A stretch of DNA of 64,000 bases from the human T2T-CHM13v2.0 reference genome, Homo sapiens, in NCBI RefSeq assembly GCF_009914755.1, contig NC_060947.1. The stretch is one strand, 5' to 3'. The notes beneath the pieces are model-generated. The model saw nothing but the letters and a program-made list of their open reading frames with translations, did no database searches and was not told the DNA's origin. Position 1 is the first letter of the stretch; every line of letters starts with the position of its first letter. This document shows, in pieces, positions 1 to 13,939 of the stretch. Both the position numbers and the translations under genes were made by a program.

Positions 1-996
1 AAAAAGCAGGTCTCTGGGGGACTTCTACTTGGTAACACTCCATTAGCCCATTCTGAGTTATTGTTGTCACTAACACAAGCAAATCGGTGTCACTAAAACA
101 AGCAAAACTACTTTTTAAATAAATATTTCATTCATTCTTTATTGAGTATACTGGGCTTCCTGCAATTATTGTGAATTTGAGAGCTTTTACTTCCATGTTG
201 GTGTTGCTAGATCCTCACCTACAGTCTTTGTCATGCTCAAAGATCTCTAAGTATAAATCTTACAGTCACTAATAACTGAATCAGAAATATAGCTCAAGCC
301 GAGTAGGCGGTTTTCCCCTCACAGTGTAAACAAAGCCGCCAGGAAGTTCGAACTGGGTGGAGGCCACCGCAGCTCAGCAAAGCCTCTGTAGCCAGACTGC
401 CTCTCTAGATTCCTCCTCTCTGGGCAGGGCATCTCTGAAAGAAAGGCAGCAGCCCCAGTCAGGGACTTTCAGATAAAAATCCTATCTCCCTGGGACAGAG
501 CACCTGGGGAAAGGGGTGGCTGTGGGCACAGCTTCAGCAGACTTGAATGTTCCTGCTGCCAGCTCTGAAGAGAGCAGTGGATCTCCCAGCACAGTGCTCG
601 AGCTCTGCTAAGGGACAGACTGCCTCCTCAAGTGGGTCCCTGACCCCCGTGCCTCCTGACTGGGAGACACCTCCCAGCAGGGGTCGACAGACACCTCATA
701 CAGGAGAGCTCCAGCTGGCATCTGGCGGGTGCCCCTCTGGGATGAAGCTTCCAGGGGAAGGAACAGGCAGCAATCTTTGCTGTTCTGCAGCCTCTGCTGG
801 TGATACCCAGGCAGACAGGGTCTGGAGTGGACCTCCAGCAAACTCCACCAGACCTGCAGCAGAGGGGCCTGACTGTTAAAAGGAAAACTAACAAACAGAA
901 AGGAAAAGCATCAACATCAACAAAAAAGATGTCCACACCAAAACCCCATCTGAAGGTCACCAATATCAAAGACCAAAGCTAGATAAATCCACAAAG

Positions 997-2027
997 AAGA
1001 GGAAAAAACAGCGCAAAAAGGCTGAAAATTCCAAAAACCAGAACGCCTCTTCTCCTCCAAAGGATCACAACTCCTCGCCAACAAGGGAACAAAACAACAG
1101 AGAATGAATTTGATAAATTGACAGAAGTAGGCTTCAGAAGGTGGGTAATAACAAACTCCTCCAAGATAAAGGAGCATGTTCTAACCCAATGCAAGGAAGC
1201 TAAGAACCTTGAAAAAAAGTTAGAGGAATTGCTAACTAGAATAACCAGTTTAGAGAAGAACATAAATGACCTGATGGAGCTGAAAAACACAGCATGAGAA
1301 CTTCGTGAAGCATACACAAGTATCAATAGCCGAATCATCAAGTAGAAGAAAGGATATCAGAGATTAAAGAACAACTTAATGAAGTAAAGCATGAAGACAA
1401 GATTAGAGAAAAAAGAATGAAAAGGAATGAGCAAAGCCTCCAAGAAATATGGGACTATATGAAAAGACCAAATATTTTTTGATTTGATTGGTGTACCTGA
1501 AAGTGACAGAAAGAATGGAACCAAGTTGCAGAACACTCTTCAGGATATTATCCAGGAGAACTTCCCTAACCTAGCAAGACAGGCCAACATTCAAATTCAG
1601 GAAATACAGAGACCACCACAAAGATACTCCTCGAGAAGAGGAATCCCAAGACACATAATCATCAGATCCACCAAGGTTGAAATGAAGGAAAAAATGTTAA
1701 GGGCAGCCAGAGAGAAAGGTCGGGTTACCCACAAAGGGAAGCCCATCAGACTAACAGTGGATCTCTCGGCAGAAACCCCACAAGCCAGAAGAGAGTGGGG
1801 GCCAATATTCATTCAACACTCTAAAAGAAAAGATTTTTCAATGCAGAATTTCATATCCAGCCAAACTAAGCTTCATAAGCAAAGGAGAAATAAAATCCTT
1901 TATAGACAAGCAAATGCTGAGAGATTTTGTCACCACCAGGCCTGCCTTACAAGAGCTCCTGAAGGAAGCACTAAATATGGAAAGGAAAAACCGGTACCAG
2001 CCACCACAAAAACATACCAAATTGTAA
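997..2027 (+). pseudogene. Disabled L1 ORF1p
   Basis: Start position reads AAG instead of ATG (997-999). Premature TGA at 1295-1297 and frameshifts. ORF track 1484..2158 gives ORF1p C-terminal sequence before shifting frame. Terminal TAA at 2025-2027. Confidence 0.85.
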
Positions 2028-2090
2028 AGATCATTGACACTATGAAGAAACTGCAACAACTAACGGGCAAAATAACCAGCTTGCATCATA

Positions 2091-3436
2091 ATGACAGGAT
2101 CAAACTCACACATAACAATATTAACCTTAAATGTAAATGGGCTAAATGCCCCAATTAAAAGACACAGACTGGCAAATTGGATAAAGAGTCAAGAATCATT
2201 GGTGTGCTGTATTCACGAGACACATCTAACATGCTAAGACACACATGGGCTCAAATAAAGGTATGGAGGAATATTTACCAAGCAAATGGAAAGCAAAAAA
2301 AAAAAAACAAAAACGGGGGGGGAGGGTTTGCAATCCTAGTCTCTGATAAAACAGACTTTAAACCAACAAAGATTAAAAAAAAAAGACAAATAAGGGCATT
2401 ACATAATGGTAAAGGGATCAATGCAACAAGAAGAGCTAACTATCCTAAATATATATGCACCCAATACAGGACCACCGAGATTCATAAAGCAAGTCCTTAG
2501 AGACCTACAAAGAGACTTAGACTCCCACACAATAATAGTGGGAGACTTTAACACCTCACTGTCAATATTGGATCAACAAGACAGAAAATTAACAGAGATA
2601 TTCAGGACTTGAGCTCAGCTCTGGACCAACGGAACCTAATAGACATCTACAGAACTCTCCACCCCAAATCAACAGAATATACATTCTTCTCAGCACCACA
2701 TAGCACTTATTCTAAAATTGACCACATAATTGGAAGTAAAACACCCCTCAGCAAATGCAAAAGAGCAGAAATCATAACAAACAGTCTCTCCAACCACACT
2801 GCAGTCAAATTAGAACTCAGGATTAAGAAACTCACTCAAAACCATACAACTACATGGAAACTGAACAACCTGCTCCTGAATGACTACTGGGTAAATAACG
2901 AAATTAAGGTGGAAATAAATAAATACGTTCTTGGAAACCAATGAGAACAAAGACACAATGTACCAGAATCTTTGGGACACAGCTAAAGCAGTGTTTAGAG
3001 GGAAATTTATAGCGCTAAATGCCCACAGGAGAAAGCAGGAAAGATCTAAAATTGACACCCCAACATCACAATTAAAAGAACTAGAGAAGCAAGAGCAAAC
3101 AAATTCAAAAGCTAGCAGAAGATAAGAAATAACTAAGATCAGAGCAGAACTGAAGGAGATAGAGACATGAAAAACTCTTCAAAAAAAAATCAGTGAATTC
3201 AGGAGCTGTTTTTTTGAAAAGATTAACAAAGTAGATAGACCGCTAGCCAGACTAATAAAGAAGAAAAGAGAGAAGGATCAAACAGACACAATAAAAAATT
3301 ATAAAAGGGAGATCACCACTTATCTCACAGAAATACAATCTAACATCAGAAAATACTATAAACACCTCTACGCACGTAAACTAGAAAATCTAGAAGAAAT
3401 GGATAAATTCCTGGACACATACACCCGCCCAAAACT
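2091..3436 (+). pseudogene. Disabled L1 ORF2p, endonuclease portion only
   Basis: ATGACAGGATCAAAC start (MTGSN). APE-endonuclease motifs are split across ORFs 2406..2612, 2609..2944 and 2931..3125 by frameshifts. RT domain absent. Confidence 0.85.
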
Positions 3437-5989
3437 GGAAACCATCATTGTCAGCAAACTAACACAGGAACAGAAAACCAAACACTGCATGTTCTCACTC
3501 ACATGTAGGAGTTGAACAATGAGAACACATGGACACAGAGAGGGGAACATCACACACCAGGGCCTGTCGGGGGGTGGGGGCCTAGGGGAGGGATAGCATT
3601 AGGAGAAATACCTAATGTAGATACCTTGGGGGTACATCTAGCTGTAAAATAGGGGGAAGGGAAAAAAGGCTTATGCCCCTGAGGTTATAGACCGACACAC
3701 AAAAAAAACAAACATAATAAAAAGCCAAAACAACAGCTAAAATTCTTTGGAAACCTGTAAGTTAAGTACTAAACATATAATCATTATGAAATAAATATCT
3801 AATGCAAACCCAACAAAGTAGCATCATTGTCCAAAGGAAGCATTCCTGGAGGTTGTTACTCCTCACACATCTATACTGGCTCTCACTTCACTAGCACAGG
3901 GCAGTCTTCCAGCTCTCCACAACCACTCCCTCTGCAAGCATGGCTCACTGCCTAGGAGTCTTAGTTACCTTGTCACAAAGAGAGCCTAGCTACTCTAATT
4001 ATATTGTAAGCTCCTGGATTTGTACAGGTTTCCCTTACTGTAAGACACAAAACTTGCACATCATCGGTGCTCTACAAATTTTGCTTGGTTTGAGGTGATA
4101 AGACTCCTCCTTTACATATACAGAATTGTAAATCAGAGCAACAATATAAAAAAAATGGCTGTAAGATTTCTTGTTTCTATAGAAACCTTCAAAATATCAG
4201 AACTACCAAATGTGTTTTCTTAAGAACATTTGGTACAATAAAATTGATAGGTATCCTTTCAAAGGCCTATGCAAGAATACTGAATAAAATAATCATAGGT
4301 CAATGTTCCAACAAAAGTGAAATGCTAGCCAGTAAGTTTCGTATGGAAAAAAAATCTCCAAAATAGTATTGGCCAAGAAAGTCACCAAAAATCTCTCCTC
4401 TCTTTTAAGATGTTATGTCTCTTTATATGCTGGGTTAATCATATTTGTCATCTCTGTATCATCAGTGTTAATCAGGAGGAACAAGAGGGCCCACAAGTCC
4501 AAACTCATCTACAACTTGACACCCTAAGCTTGTGACTCTTTAAATGAGAATTTTGCTTTTTAAATTATGGCTTGACTTGGGCAAATATTTAAGGTAATCA
4601 GCAAACATAGGGCACAAACCAACTGCTGGGGCAGAGGGAGGCAGCTCTGAGTTATTCCAGTTAGGTAACATTTTTCTATAGAATATTATACAAGTTATAA
4701 TCCATACTGGGATAAAACTAAGCATTGACTACTAATTTTCTAAATAAATACTAAGAAATAAATGTAGTCATAAAACAATTTGGACACTTGTCTGAAATTG
4801 TTTCACTACTCAATGCTAGGCTATTACAGTATATTAGCATTAAAATACATGTTTACAATTGTTATTTGAAATGGTTCTTTCTAATAATGTGTACAATAGC
4901 AACCGCCCTGTCATTTTCACTGAATTTCAGAGCTTCTCTTCCTTTCAGAAAATACAAGTCAACGTCTGTACCAAAGGAACCATCTAAATTGTTTTGTGGT
5001 ACTAGCTATTCATTTTCACTGCATTATATGAATGTTGCTCAAAACTGAGTGATCCCAGAAGATAGCTGGAAATGTTAATTCCTTTGTTAATGTAAATTAC
5101 TACAATGAGAACTGGACTCTGCCTCCAGGAAACCTTCCAGCCACCTAGCTTTGAGAGTCTGGGCAAGTCAAAGAAGCCAAGGTGTCACAGGGCATTCCTA
5201 CACACATTGCAGAGGACCCTTTGGATACAGTTACACCAACCTAAGAGTTTCATAGTTAGGACATCACTCAGCTACAATATAAAAACAACTCTTGTAAATT
5301 GGAATCATATTCCCAAACATCTGGAAAATTCCCCAAAGGAGAAAAGATTACCCAAAAGTATTGCTAAATAGATGGAAGATGCTGATTTTTATCATAATCA
5401 AAATTCAGTCAGTTTCCATTGTACTAGACAAATCAACAGATGTGTTGTTTACCTTTAAAGATGCCTGGAATCTATTTTAATTCAGCCTTGAAACCCAGAC
5501 ATTCTTAGGTAATAAGAACAGATATTTAAATTCCATAACAACCGCCCAATGTTTACAAACATTTATTTCTTTATAGATTTCTTATCCACAAAATGTATTT
5601 TTGGTTAGAAAGAAGTTTGAGGATTCAGCTGTATTTTCTAAGCTTTGCTTTGTGGCATGGCCTAAGAGAAAATAATGATATCAAGGGTCTTTTCCAACTA
5701 TTTTATTTATTTTAATTTTAAATAAAATATTTAATAAGATACAATGTATAATAATGTATTACTCTATTTCACTCTCACTACCATATCCTGAAAGCAAACA
5801 ATTTTCAATAAATTCTTAATTTTAAAAAATCTTCAACATTCAAATTCAGAAAAAGATAATCTAGGATTAATTAAAAATTACTTTCACATTAAAAATGACT
5901 CTTTAACAAACAATGTGTCAAATGTGCTTCTTGTCTTGTGTTGCCTATCACCTTTCATCTTATCATCCTCCCCCTGCCCCATCATCTAA

Positions 5990-6655
5990 GAAGGAACCTT
6001 TGAAGCCATCTTCAACTCTTCCCTTTAGCTTACTTTCCACAAGTCTCATCTTGTTCAATTACTACCTTGTCTCTGTTATATGTTTCTTTACATCCCTCCT
6101 GTTACTAACCTAATTCAGGCCTCTACCATCTTTCATTTGGAATATTTAAGATTAGCTTCATAACTGCTTCTCTAATCTCTATCCTTTCCATTCCATCCTA
6201 TATATTAATACAAGCAGCCCGAGTCAGGGTAATAGTAATAGTCAGGGATGTAACTTGGGCTGCTTGTATATATTTCTCTTCTCATATATATTTCTCTGTC
6301 TCCTTACATTTGGCTCAGGAAGTTTTCTGGATGCATAATGAATATCTTCTCCATATCCCCACTTTTGAATGTTGAAATTGAGTCGTATATGTCCATAGAG
6401 GTTCGGCTTACATGTCAGCTAGTCAGTAAAACCTTCCCCAATCTATCCAACTAGAGCTAATTTCTCCCACTTCCAGTAGCATTGTTTCTACATCTAATGC
6501 AGTTATTTTGTGTACATGCCAATTTCCCTCAAAAGACATCACTCAGCTCTTGAGCACAGACATCATGTACTGTTGATCTTTGTAGCTGCATAGTACCTAG
6601 TACAGTACCATGGTCAGAGTTAAGTGCTCGATAAATGTGGAATTGAACTGACTAA
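5990..6655 (+). mobile_element. Degenerate L2 3' region
   Basis: Ends in an L2-type terminus (...cctagtacagtacc...taagtgctcgataaatgtggaattgaactga). Boundaries approximate. Confidence 0.55.
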
Positions 6656-9149
6656 ACCTTATGTCAGCCTGATATAAATGAGAAGGAAGACTGTCAGGAT
6701 TTATAATAAGTTATGTATTTAACTACAGCTGTGTTGTTATAATTGCTACATATTTAGAGAAAACACTGAATGTATCTTTCAATCAAGCTTTGAAACTATA
6801 GTGACTATTCTAAGTTTGAATTATCTTATATAGAACAGCAAGAACACTCAAATCTGTAGGACATAATGCCAGTGAAAAAAGACCTTTTACAGTAGATTCA
6901 GCTGTACAAGTTCAACCAATAAACCACAAAGGCCATATTTTTTTAAAAAGCCAGAATATAAAGAGGGCAATAGTAAGCATATTAATGAAAACCAGCTAGG
7001 AGACACTGGATAGAGCTCACTACTTCTGAATCAGTCACTGCTCCTTGCTGCAGCTGGATTTGGATCTTCTCCCACTGAAGGGCTGAGTAGATGTGATCCC
7101 ACTTAATTTCTAAGTCTGACAAAATCACAACTTGGAAGTGGCCTGACTACTGGCAATTGTTAAGCACAGTAAATCCCTTCTCCTTCTGTAACCCCCTCAA
7201 ATGTCCTGCATTCACAACTCTTTTATACCAGATGTTTTGTTGAAATTAACACATTCCTATCAAATGCATATCAAAAGGACTTTTCTCCCTACTGCAATGG
7301 AGCTTTATTATATTGAGCATTCCATTTAACCTCCAAACTGTTTATTTGTTACATAGACACTTATTGTATAGTATTTATTGCAGGGGGAATGACAAGGGAA
7401 GCTGGGCTCAGCATAAGGTGGGATCCATTCAGGAGCAAATATTCCCACAGTTAATGATAGCAAACAAAAGCCCTTAGAAGACACATCTCAAAAGGACTTT
7501 TAAAAATTTGCTAAATACAAAATCTCCCAATCTCTAGCCCAAATCTTCTTCTTTGTGAAAAAGAGGTGAGGTACTGTTTTGTTTGTTGAATGCAAATTTT
7601 ATTTTTGTATCAAGCAGAATCAAGCATAATTAACTAGATAATAAATGGCAGGATGTGAAGCTATGACCTAGGATTGCTCACCTGAAACTTTGGTCCTCCC
7701 AAAGTTTTCAGCCATCACAGAAAGATCATTTCTGACAAGCCATCACTCACTCACTAAACCTTTGTAGGACCAGGAACTACAACCGAAACTTCACAAAAAT
7801 GACCATCTCTCTCGTAGGGATTTAAAAATAATATATGGACAGTAGTGCTACTGTGAATAAAATGTCCTTCATAAAACAATTTTAATAAGCAGCCCTCATG
7901 GCACCTCTTCTTATAAAGTGATTGTAAATTGCAATTGTCTGCTAGAAGTAATATATAGGATGTTAAATAGCATCCCCATTTCTTTTCCCCAGGCTATTTC
8001 TGTTTCTCATCTCATTTGTACAATTAGTACATATAGATTCTTCCATGGGAGCACATCTTAAACTTGTATTTCAACTGTTTCATTTTTATAATAGCACAAC
8101 TTAATAGGTGTGATTAGAATATCTAAATATCCCATAAGAATTGAGTGTTCCTATCCTTTATTAAATGAAAACTGATCCAGTTATAAAACAAGTGAGTAAA
8201 AATTTCCTTGATTTAAAACTATAAATAGAAAACAAAATGCAGATACATCTCACCATTCCTAAAAATAAAAGTAAATCACCTTTGCAAATTAATTTTATTT
8301 TCCTATGACTTATACTTTCAGAGATGCTTTAATCTTCATTTCTCACTTCCTTTGCATAGGCTGTGGCTCCTAACACTTTCTTTAATTATCTTACCCAGCT
8401 AGTAAACAAATACCTCAGTATACTAGGGGAAATGACTCTCCTATTCAAACATTTATTTTGCTCTATGCCTAATCCCTCATAGCTACTTAGGGGATGCAAA
8501 GATGTGAAAAATATAGTTCAGGTCCTCAAGGGACTACCAATCTAAGTAGGAAAGACAATCATGTAAGAAACTACATTGGAAGGCAAGATAAAGCAAGTGC
8601 TGTAACAGAGATACCAGTAATGTGTTATGAACATACAAGGGAAGAAACAGTAACTCTGGGGAGTTAGGAAACATCACTGGGTGAGTCCTTTGGGAAATAG
8701 AAGAAATCTGCAGTGTAAAAGTGTAGAGCCATGAGCATTTACTAGTTTATTTGCTTTGAATTTTTTAAACTTTTTGGAGGGTTTTCTTAGTCTTGAACTT
8801 AAAATGGGCTACACTATAGGCAAGAAACAGAATAGCAGCAATCAACTCTAACATTCAGCTACTTAGCAGAATTTCTGCTTTACCATGTCCCATTACTCTT
8901 TCCTCCTGCTTCTCTGGCTTATGACAAAAATGACACTTAAATACACTGTGCACCATCACTGACATCCCAAAGACTAAAAATGTTACTCATTTCTGAGCTA
9001 GCATCTACAGCTCTTTGCTGGTTTCTCTTCAACTACATCATTAATTTGCCATTTTGCCATGATCAGGTATGTGGGACTTGAATATGTGAAATAAAAACTT
9101 CTTACTGTGGCAAAATTCTTTGAAAACCTATTAGGAAACACGTGACATG

Positions 9150-9633
<484 letters not shown>

Positions 9634-10013
9634 GAAACACGTGTGACATGGACAATGTCCCAACCAACCTGGCTATTAATTCATTAATTTCATTATTATT
9701 AACAGGCAGTATATGAAAACAAGTTTGAAAGATATTTTCACTGTCAAATTTAAAAATACCTATCCTGATAACAGGTTTCCAATAATACTTGTTTCAGACA
9801 AAGAAAAGTTTTTAAATGGTTCAGGAGCAAAATAGAAGATAATGAATGATGCCTATGATTCTAAAGTTTTCACTATTGTTTGCCACAGAATTTTAAAAGA
9901 ATGCATCATAAAATACTTGTATACTACAGAAAGCACATTCTAAAAATCTTCTTTGCCTTTTAAATACTGAGATCCTCAAATCCCAGCTGTGGTAAGAAAA
10001 AGACACAATCTGA

Positions 10014-10332
10014 GGCTGGCCGTGGTGGCTCACACCTGAAATCCCAGCACTTTTTGAGGCTGAGGTGGGCAGATCACTTGAGCCTAGAGTTTGAGACCAG
10101 CCTGGGCAACATGGCGAAACCCTGTCTCTACAAAAATTATAAAAATTTTGCTGGGTATAGTGGTATGCACCTGTAGTACCAGCCACATGGGTGGCTGAGG
10201 TGAGAGAATTCCTTGAGCCTGGGAGGTTGAGGCTGCAATGAGCTGTGATTGCACTACTGTACTCCATCTTGGGTGACAGAGCGAGATCCTGTCTCAAAAA
10301 AAAAGAAAAGAAAAGAAAAGAAAAGAAAAAAA
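10014..10332 (+). mobile_element. AluJ
   Basis: Dimeric Alu with J-type features (cttgagcct...ggttgaggctgca), (AAAAG)n tail, and acaatctg repeated on both flanks. Confidence 0.92.
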
Positions 10333-10838
10333 TACAATCTGGAGAATTTTATTGTTTTTTTAAACCTTACTATTGTAAGAAATCTAAGTTCAATAAGATG
10401 GACACAGTCCACGACTACATACTTTCAATTCCTTCCTGATACCAGTCACGGATATATTTGTCTGCCACTTATCTAACTGTTTTATGATCATTTGTTCTAT
10501 CAAAAACTGCTCCTAAGGAACTTCAAATTGCAAAAATTAAAACTAAGACAATATATTTGGTCTTAATTACTTAGAAACTTGGAATTTGTTTCCTTAATTA
10601 TAATTTCTAAGGAACTGTCTCACTTCTTAACTCCTAAATGTCTACCTTTTGGCCAGTTGAAGAGAATAGCTGAGTCAGGACTTTTATTCACAGTTCCTTT
10701 ATGGTGAATCCTTCCCCCGAGGCTCTCTAGTCAGCAGTGGATTTCAGAGAGTTGTGTCTGGCTAGAATCTAAGGGCTAAACTAGTATTCCATGTAAATGT
10801 ACTGATATTAAGTGCAAATGTTGTACAGAAAGAGATCA

Positions 10839-10874
10839 ATCACTTCTTGGCCTTTTGGCTAAGATCAAATGTAG
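10839..10874 (+). pseudogene. 3'-truncated U2 snRNA retropseudogene (nt 1-36)
   Basis: atcacttcttggccttttggctaagatcaaatgtag matches the U2 5' end ATCGCTTCTCGGCCTTTTGGCTAAGATCAAGTGTAG at 33/36; two changes are CpG decay. Flanking direct repeats agaaagagatca (10827-10838) / agaaagaaatca (10873-10884). Confidence 0.92.
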
Positions 10875-11247
10875 AAAGAAATCAGTTTGGGGAGTATGTA
10901 TCCCTGAGAAGGTGGTAAATTCTGATGGGACTATGGAAGTTCAGAATACCAAACTGAACTGGGAGGATAGCTGTGAAGAAAAAAGTCATATTAAGGGAGA
11001 CAGTGCCTCAAGATTCTAAAAGGAAAGAGAACCCAAGAGAAGTTGAGACTGGAATTAATGGACTAGGGGTATAAGGGAGATTTTGGAAAACTGAGTTAAG
11101 AAACTGAGTTCCCAAATGAAGAGAAAGGTTATTCAGTGATTTTTTTTTTTTCTGTAAGTGGACACCAGGGAATACCTGTTGAGTCAGTGAAACAAATGTC
11201 CATAAGAAGCTTTCACCAGGGAAGGGGGAGTGATATTACTGGAAGGA

Positions 11248-11452
11248 AGCAGTATCGCACAGTGGTTGGGAGCACAGGCTTTGGAATTAGATAGAATCAG
11301 GTTATTATTAGCTGTCATTCAGCAAATTACTTAACCATCTAAGACCTTGTTTTCCCTAACTGCAATATAAGTGAAATACTTTCACCTTCATAAGGTTGTT
11401 GGAAATATTAGATGAGGTAACTTATATAAAATACCTACGAGAGTTCCAGCAC
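11248..11452 (+). mobile_element. MIR
   Basis: agtggttgggagcacaggctttgga...gcaaattacttaacc...ttcataaggttgttgg...attagatgag, the MIR core pattern. Confidence 0.75.
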
Positions 11453-11529
11453 ACACACACAAAACAGAAGTTACAAGTATGATTGGGACACATAACAAGC
11501 AGAGATATGTTTAAAGAAAAGGGAAATCT

Positions 11530-11944
<415 letters not shown>

Positions 11945-12624
11945 TCATTTTATGGAAGTATGCCTAAACTTGACACAAGGCAGATAACTCAAGAATAAAT
12001 CTTTACATTACAAAATGATCATTTCATTACAGGGTTCCTTGAAATTGTATGCTTCTTAACTAAAATTAACAAATTCATATACTTTTATGGGTACTTTTTC
12101 ATTTTTTAAGCATCAAGTCACATATAATATGGGTACTTTCTATTCTGGAATTTGTAATGATAGTCCAAGGCAATGTCAGGAGACCTGTGTTCTAACTCTA
12201 GTTCCAACTCTGTGACATTGTTGGGATCACTAAAAGATCTAGCACCAGGTCTATCTTGGAATCTCTGGGCTCTAGGGTTCAGCCAACTCCAGAAGTCTAA
12301 GGTAGACTGTGAGAGATATTGTGGCAGCAGTAGCTTCAAAGGTTTCAACAATAAGGGAAGAGTTAAAATTTGTATGGGTGGGTGGATGAGACTCAATTGT
12401 AAAGCTGTGTTATCTTACTACTCCTAAACTCCTAAAGACTCAGATAATTCAGATATTACTCGGAGGGTTAAGTTTAACCACTGCTGGTTAATGCAGCTTT
12501 CTATAAAGAATAAAGTGCTAATTGCAGGCAATCTTTGACTTCTAGCACTTCGACTAAAACTATGTGGTAACTGAAGTTATGGGAGTAGAGTTCAGAGGTG
12601 TTTGAAATGAAATGGGCTACTTAA

Positions 12625-12770
12625 CTGGAAGTGACTTCCAAGTCTACAGAGATGTTCAGATAGAAGCTAGATGCCCATTACTCAGGAGATTTTTAAGAGA
12701 GATTAAAGTATCTGATAGGGGTTGGACTAGATGACTTAAAAGAATCTCTTCTAGGTCTATGGTTCCATGG
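12625..12770 (+). mobile_element. L3/CR1 (or MIR3) 3' fragment
   Basis: gatgttcagatagaagctagatg...gggttggactagatgac, typical of the CR1 3' end. Confidence 0.55.
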
Positions 12771-13119
12771 CAGGAATCAATTCACATAGTGCATCTTCAG
12801 TCACTTATAATGAGATCAACCTCATGTCAATTTGTTTTCTAAAGTGTTCTGTATAAAGATCCCTGTCCTCTGGCTCAGTCTAATTCCAAGTGGCCTTAAG
12901 CCACCCTTTGCACTATCAATCAACACTGGTAACTCTTACTGGCTCAAGTATGCTGGCAGCAAGAAGAGGTGACAGATATAAGCTAACATATGCAAACAGA
13001 AAAGAAAGAGAGTAGAATGGTTATCAGGATCAAGCAAAGTTGCTACAAAGCAATGAGACTGGTTTTTGTTAGTTTGCTTTGATGTTGCTTGGTAAACTAC
13101 TGTGGAGCGCAATTTCAAA

Positions 13120-13650
13120 AGGGAGAGACAAACATAAAATTAATAATTATAATCCAGTGTGTTAAGTGTTATAATAGAGGCCTAAAAGAGACTGACCAAT
13201 TTTCCTGGGGACTGTCAAGGAAATCTCACAGAGGAAGCAATGAGCAAGCTGAGTCTTGAAGGATAAGTAGGAGTTGACTGGGTGGAAATGGGGAGAGGCA
13301 AAGAAAAAAATGTGAAGCCAGAGAGACATGAAAGAATATATTTGGGAAGTGGTGAATAATTGTGTGCATGGCTGGAGTGTGAGGTTAGGTCCTCAAGTAC
13401 TATGCTTCTTAATAAAAATGGGTTTTCCTCTCTGGTGATAAGGAATAACAGGCACTGTTTTAAGGAGAGTGAGATAGATTTTTGTCAACAAAGATAATTC
13501 TGGTGATTGGTGTACAATGGCTTCAAAGGGAAGCAGGGAAACCAGTGAGCCAGAATAAGAACCCAGACAAAGGCAGTGGCAGTGAGGCTGAAGAGGATGG
13601 GGTGGATTCAAGAGATATCTGTGGGGCAGAACCAACAGGAAATATAGACT
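13120..13650 (-). mobile_element. L2 fragment
   Basis: cacagaggaagc...gctgagtcttgaaggataagtaggagtt, an L2 reverse-strand signature. Confidence 0.55.
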
Positions 13651-13939
13651 GATAGCGTTTTGCTCAATGATCAGTTACATGTATGTGTGTATTTTTTAAA
13701 GAATTACATAAACAGAAATGTGATGGTGACTGATTATGGGGTCACTGGTTTATTTACTGATAATGCTTGTTTCTTCTCATATTATGAAAATTCCTGCCTA
13801 CCTACATGTGTCCAAGAGAAAAAGAAAAACTGAAATTGCTATAAATATATTTAAAATTTCATTTCTTGGCCATTCTCACTACTTAATTTCTTCCTGAAGC
13901 AGAAATATAAATATTTACTATGCATGTACTACAATATAA

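Larger units (their letters stand above)
301..3622 (+). mobile_element. Primate LINE-1 (L1PA7/8-like): partial 5'UTR, ORF1, 5' part of ORF2, internal deletion, partial 3'UTR
   Basis: L1 5'UTR sequence from 301. ORF1-like peptides (IGVPESD...QENFPNLARQANIQIQEIQR) and ORF2 endonuclease peptides ([39 protein letters not shown]). At ~3431-3436 it jumps to the ORF2 C-terminus (ctggaaaccatcatt) and G-rich 3'UTR. No poly(A) tail. Confidence 0.95.

Noticed and set aside
64-108. Two copies of tgtcactaa(c/a)acaagcaaa
   Set aside because: Only two units, with no spacers or cas genes; a simple tandem duplication, not a CRISPR array.
547-3553. Long ORFs up to 224 aa, considered as host genes
   Set aside because: All are sense or antisense pieces of one broken L1.
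8252-8280. Possible 5-nt microexon on the minus strand (tttttag|GAATG|gtgaga)
   Set aside because: Frameshifting length and motif-only evidence; expected by chance in this much intron.
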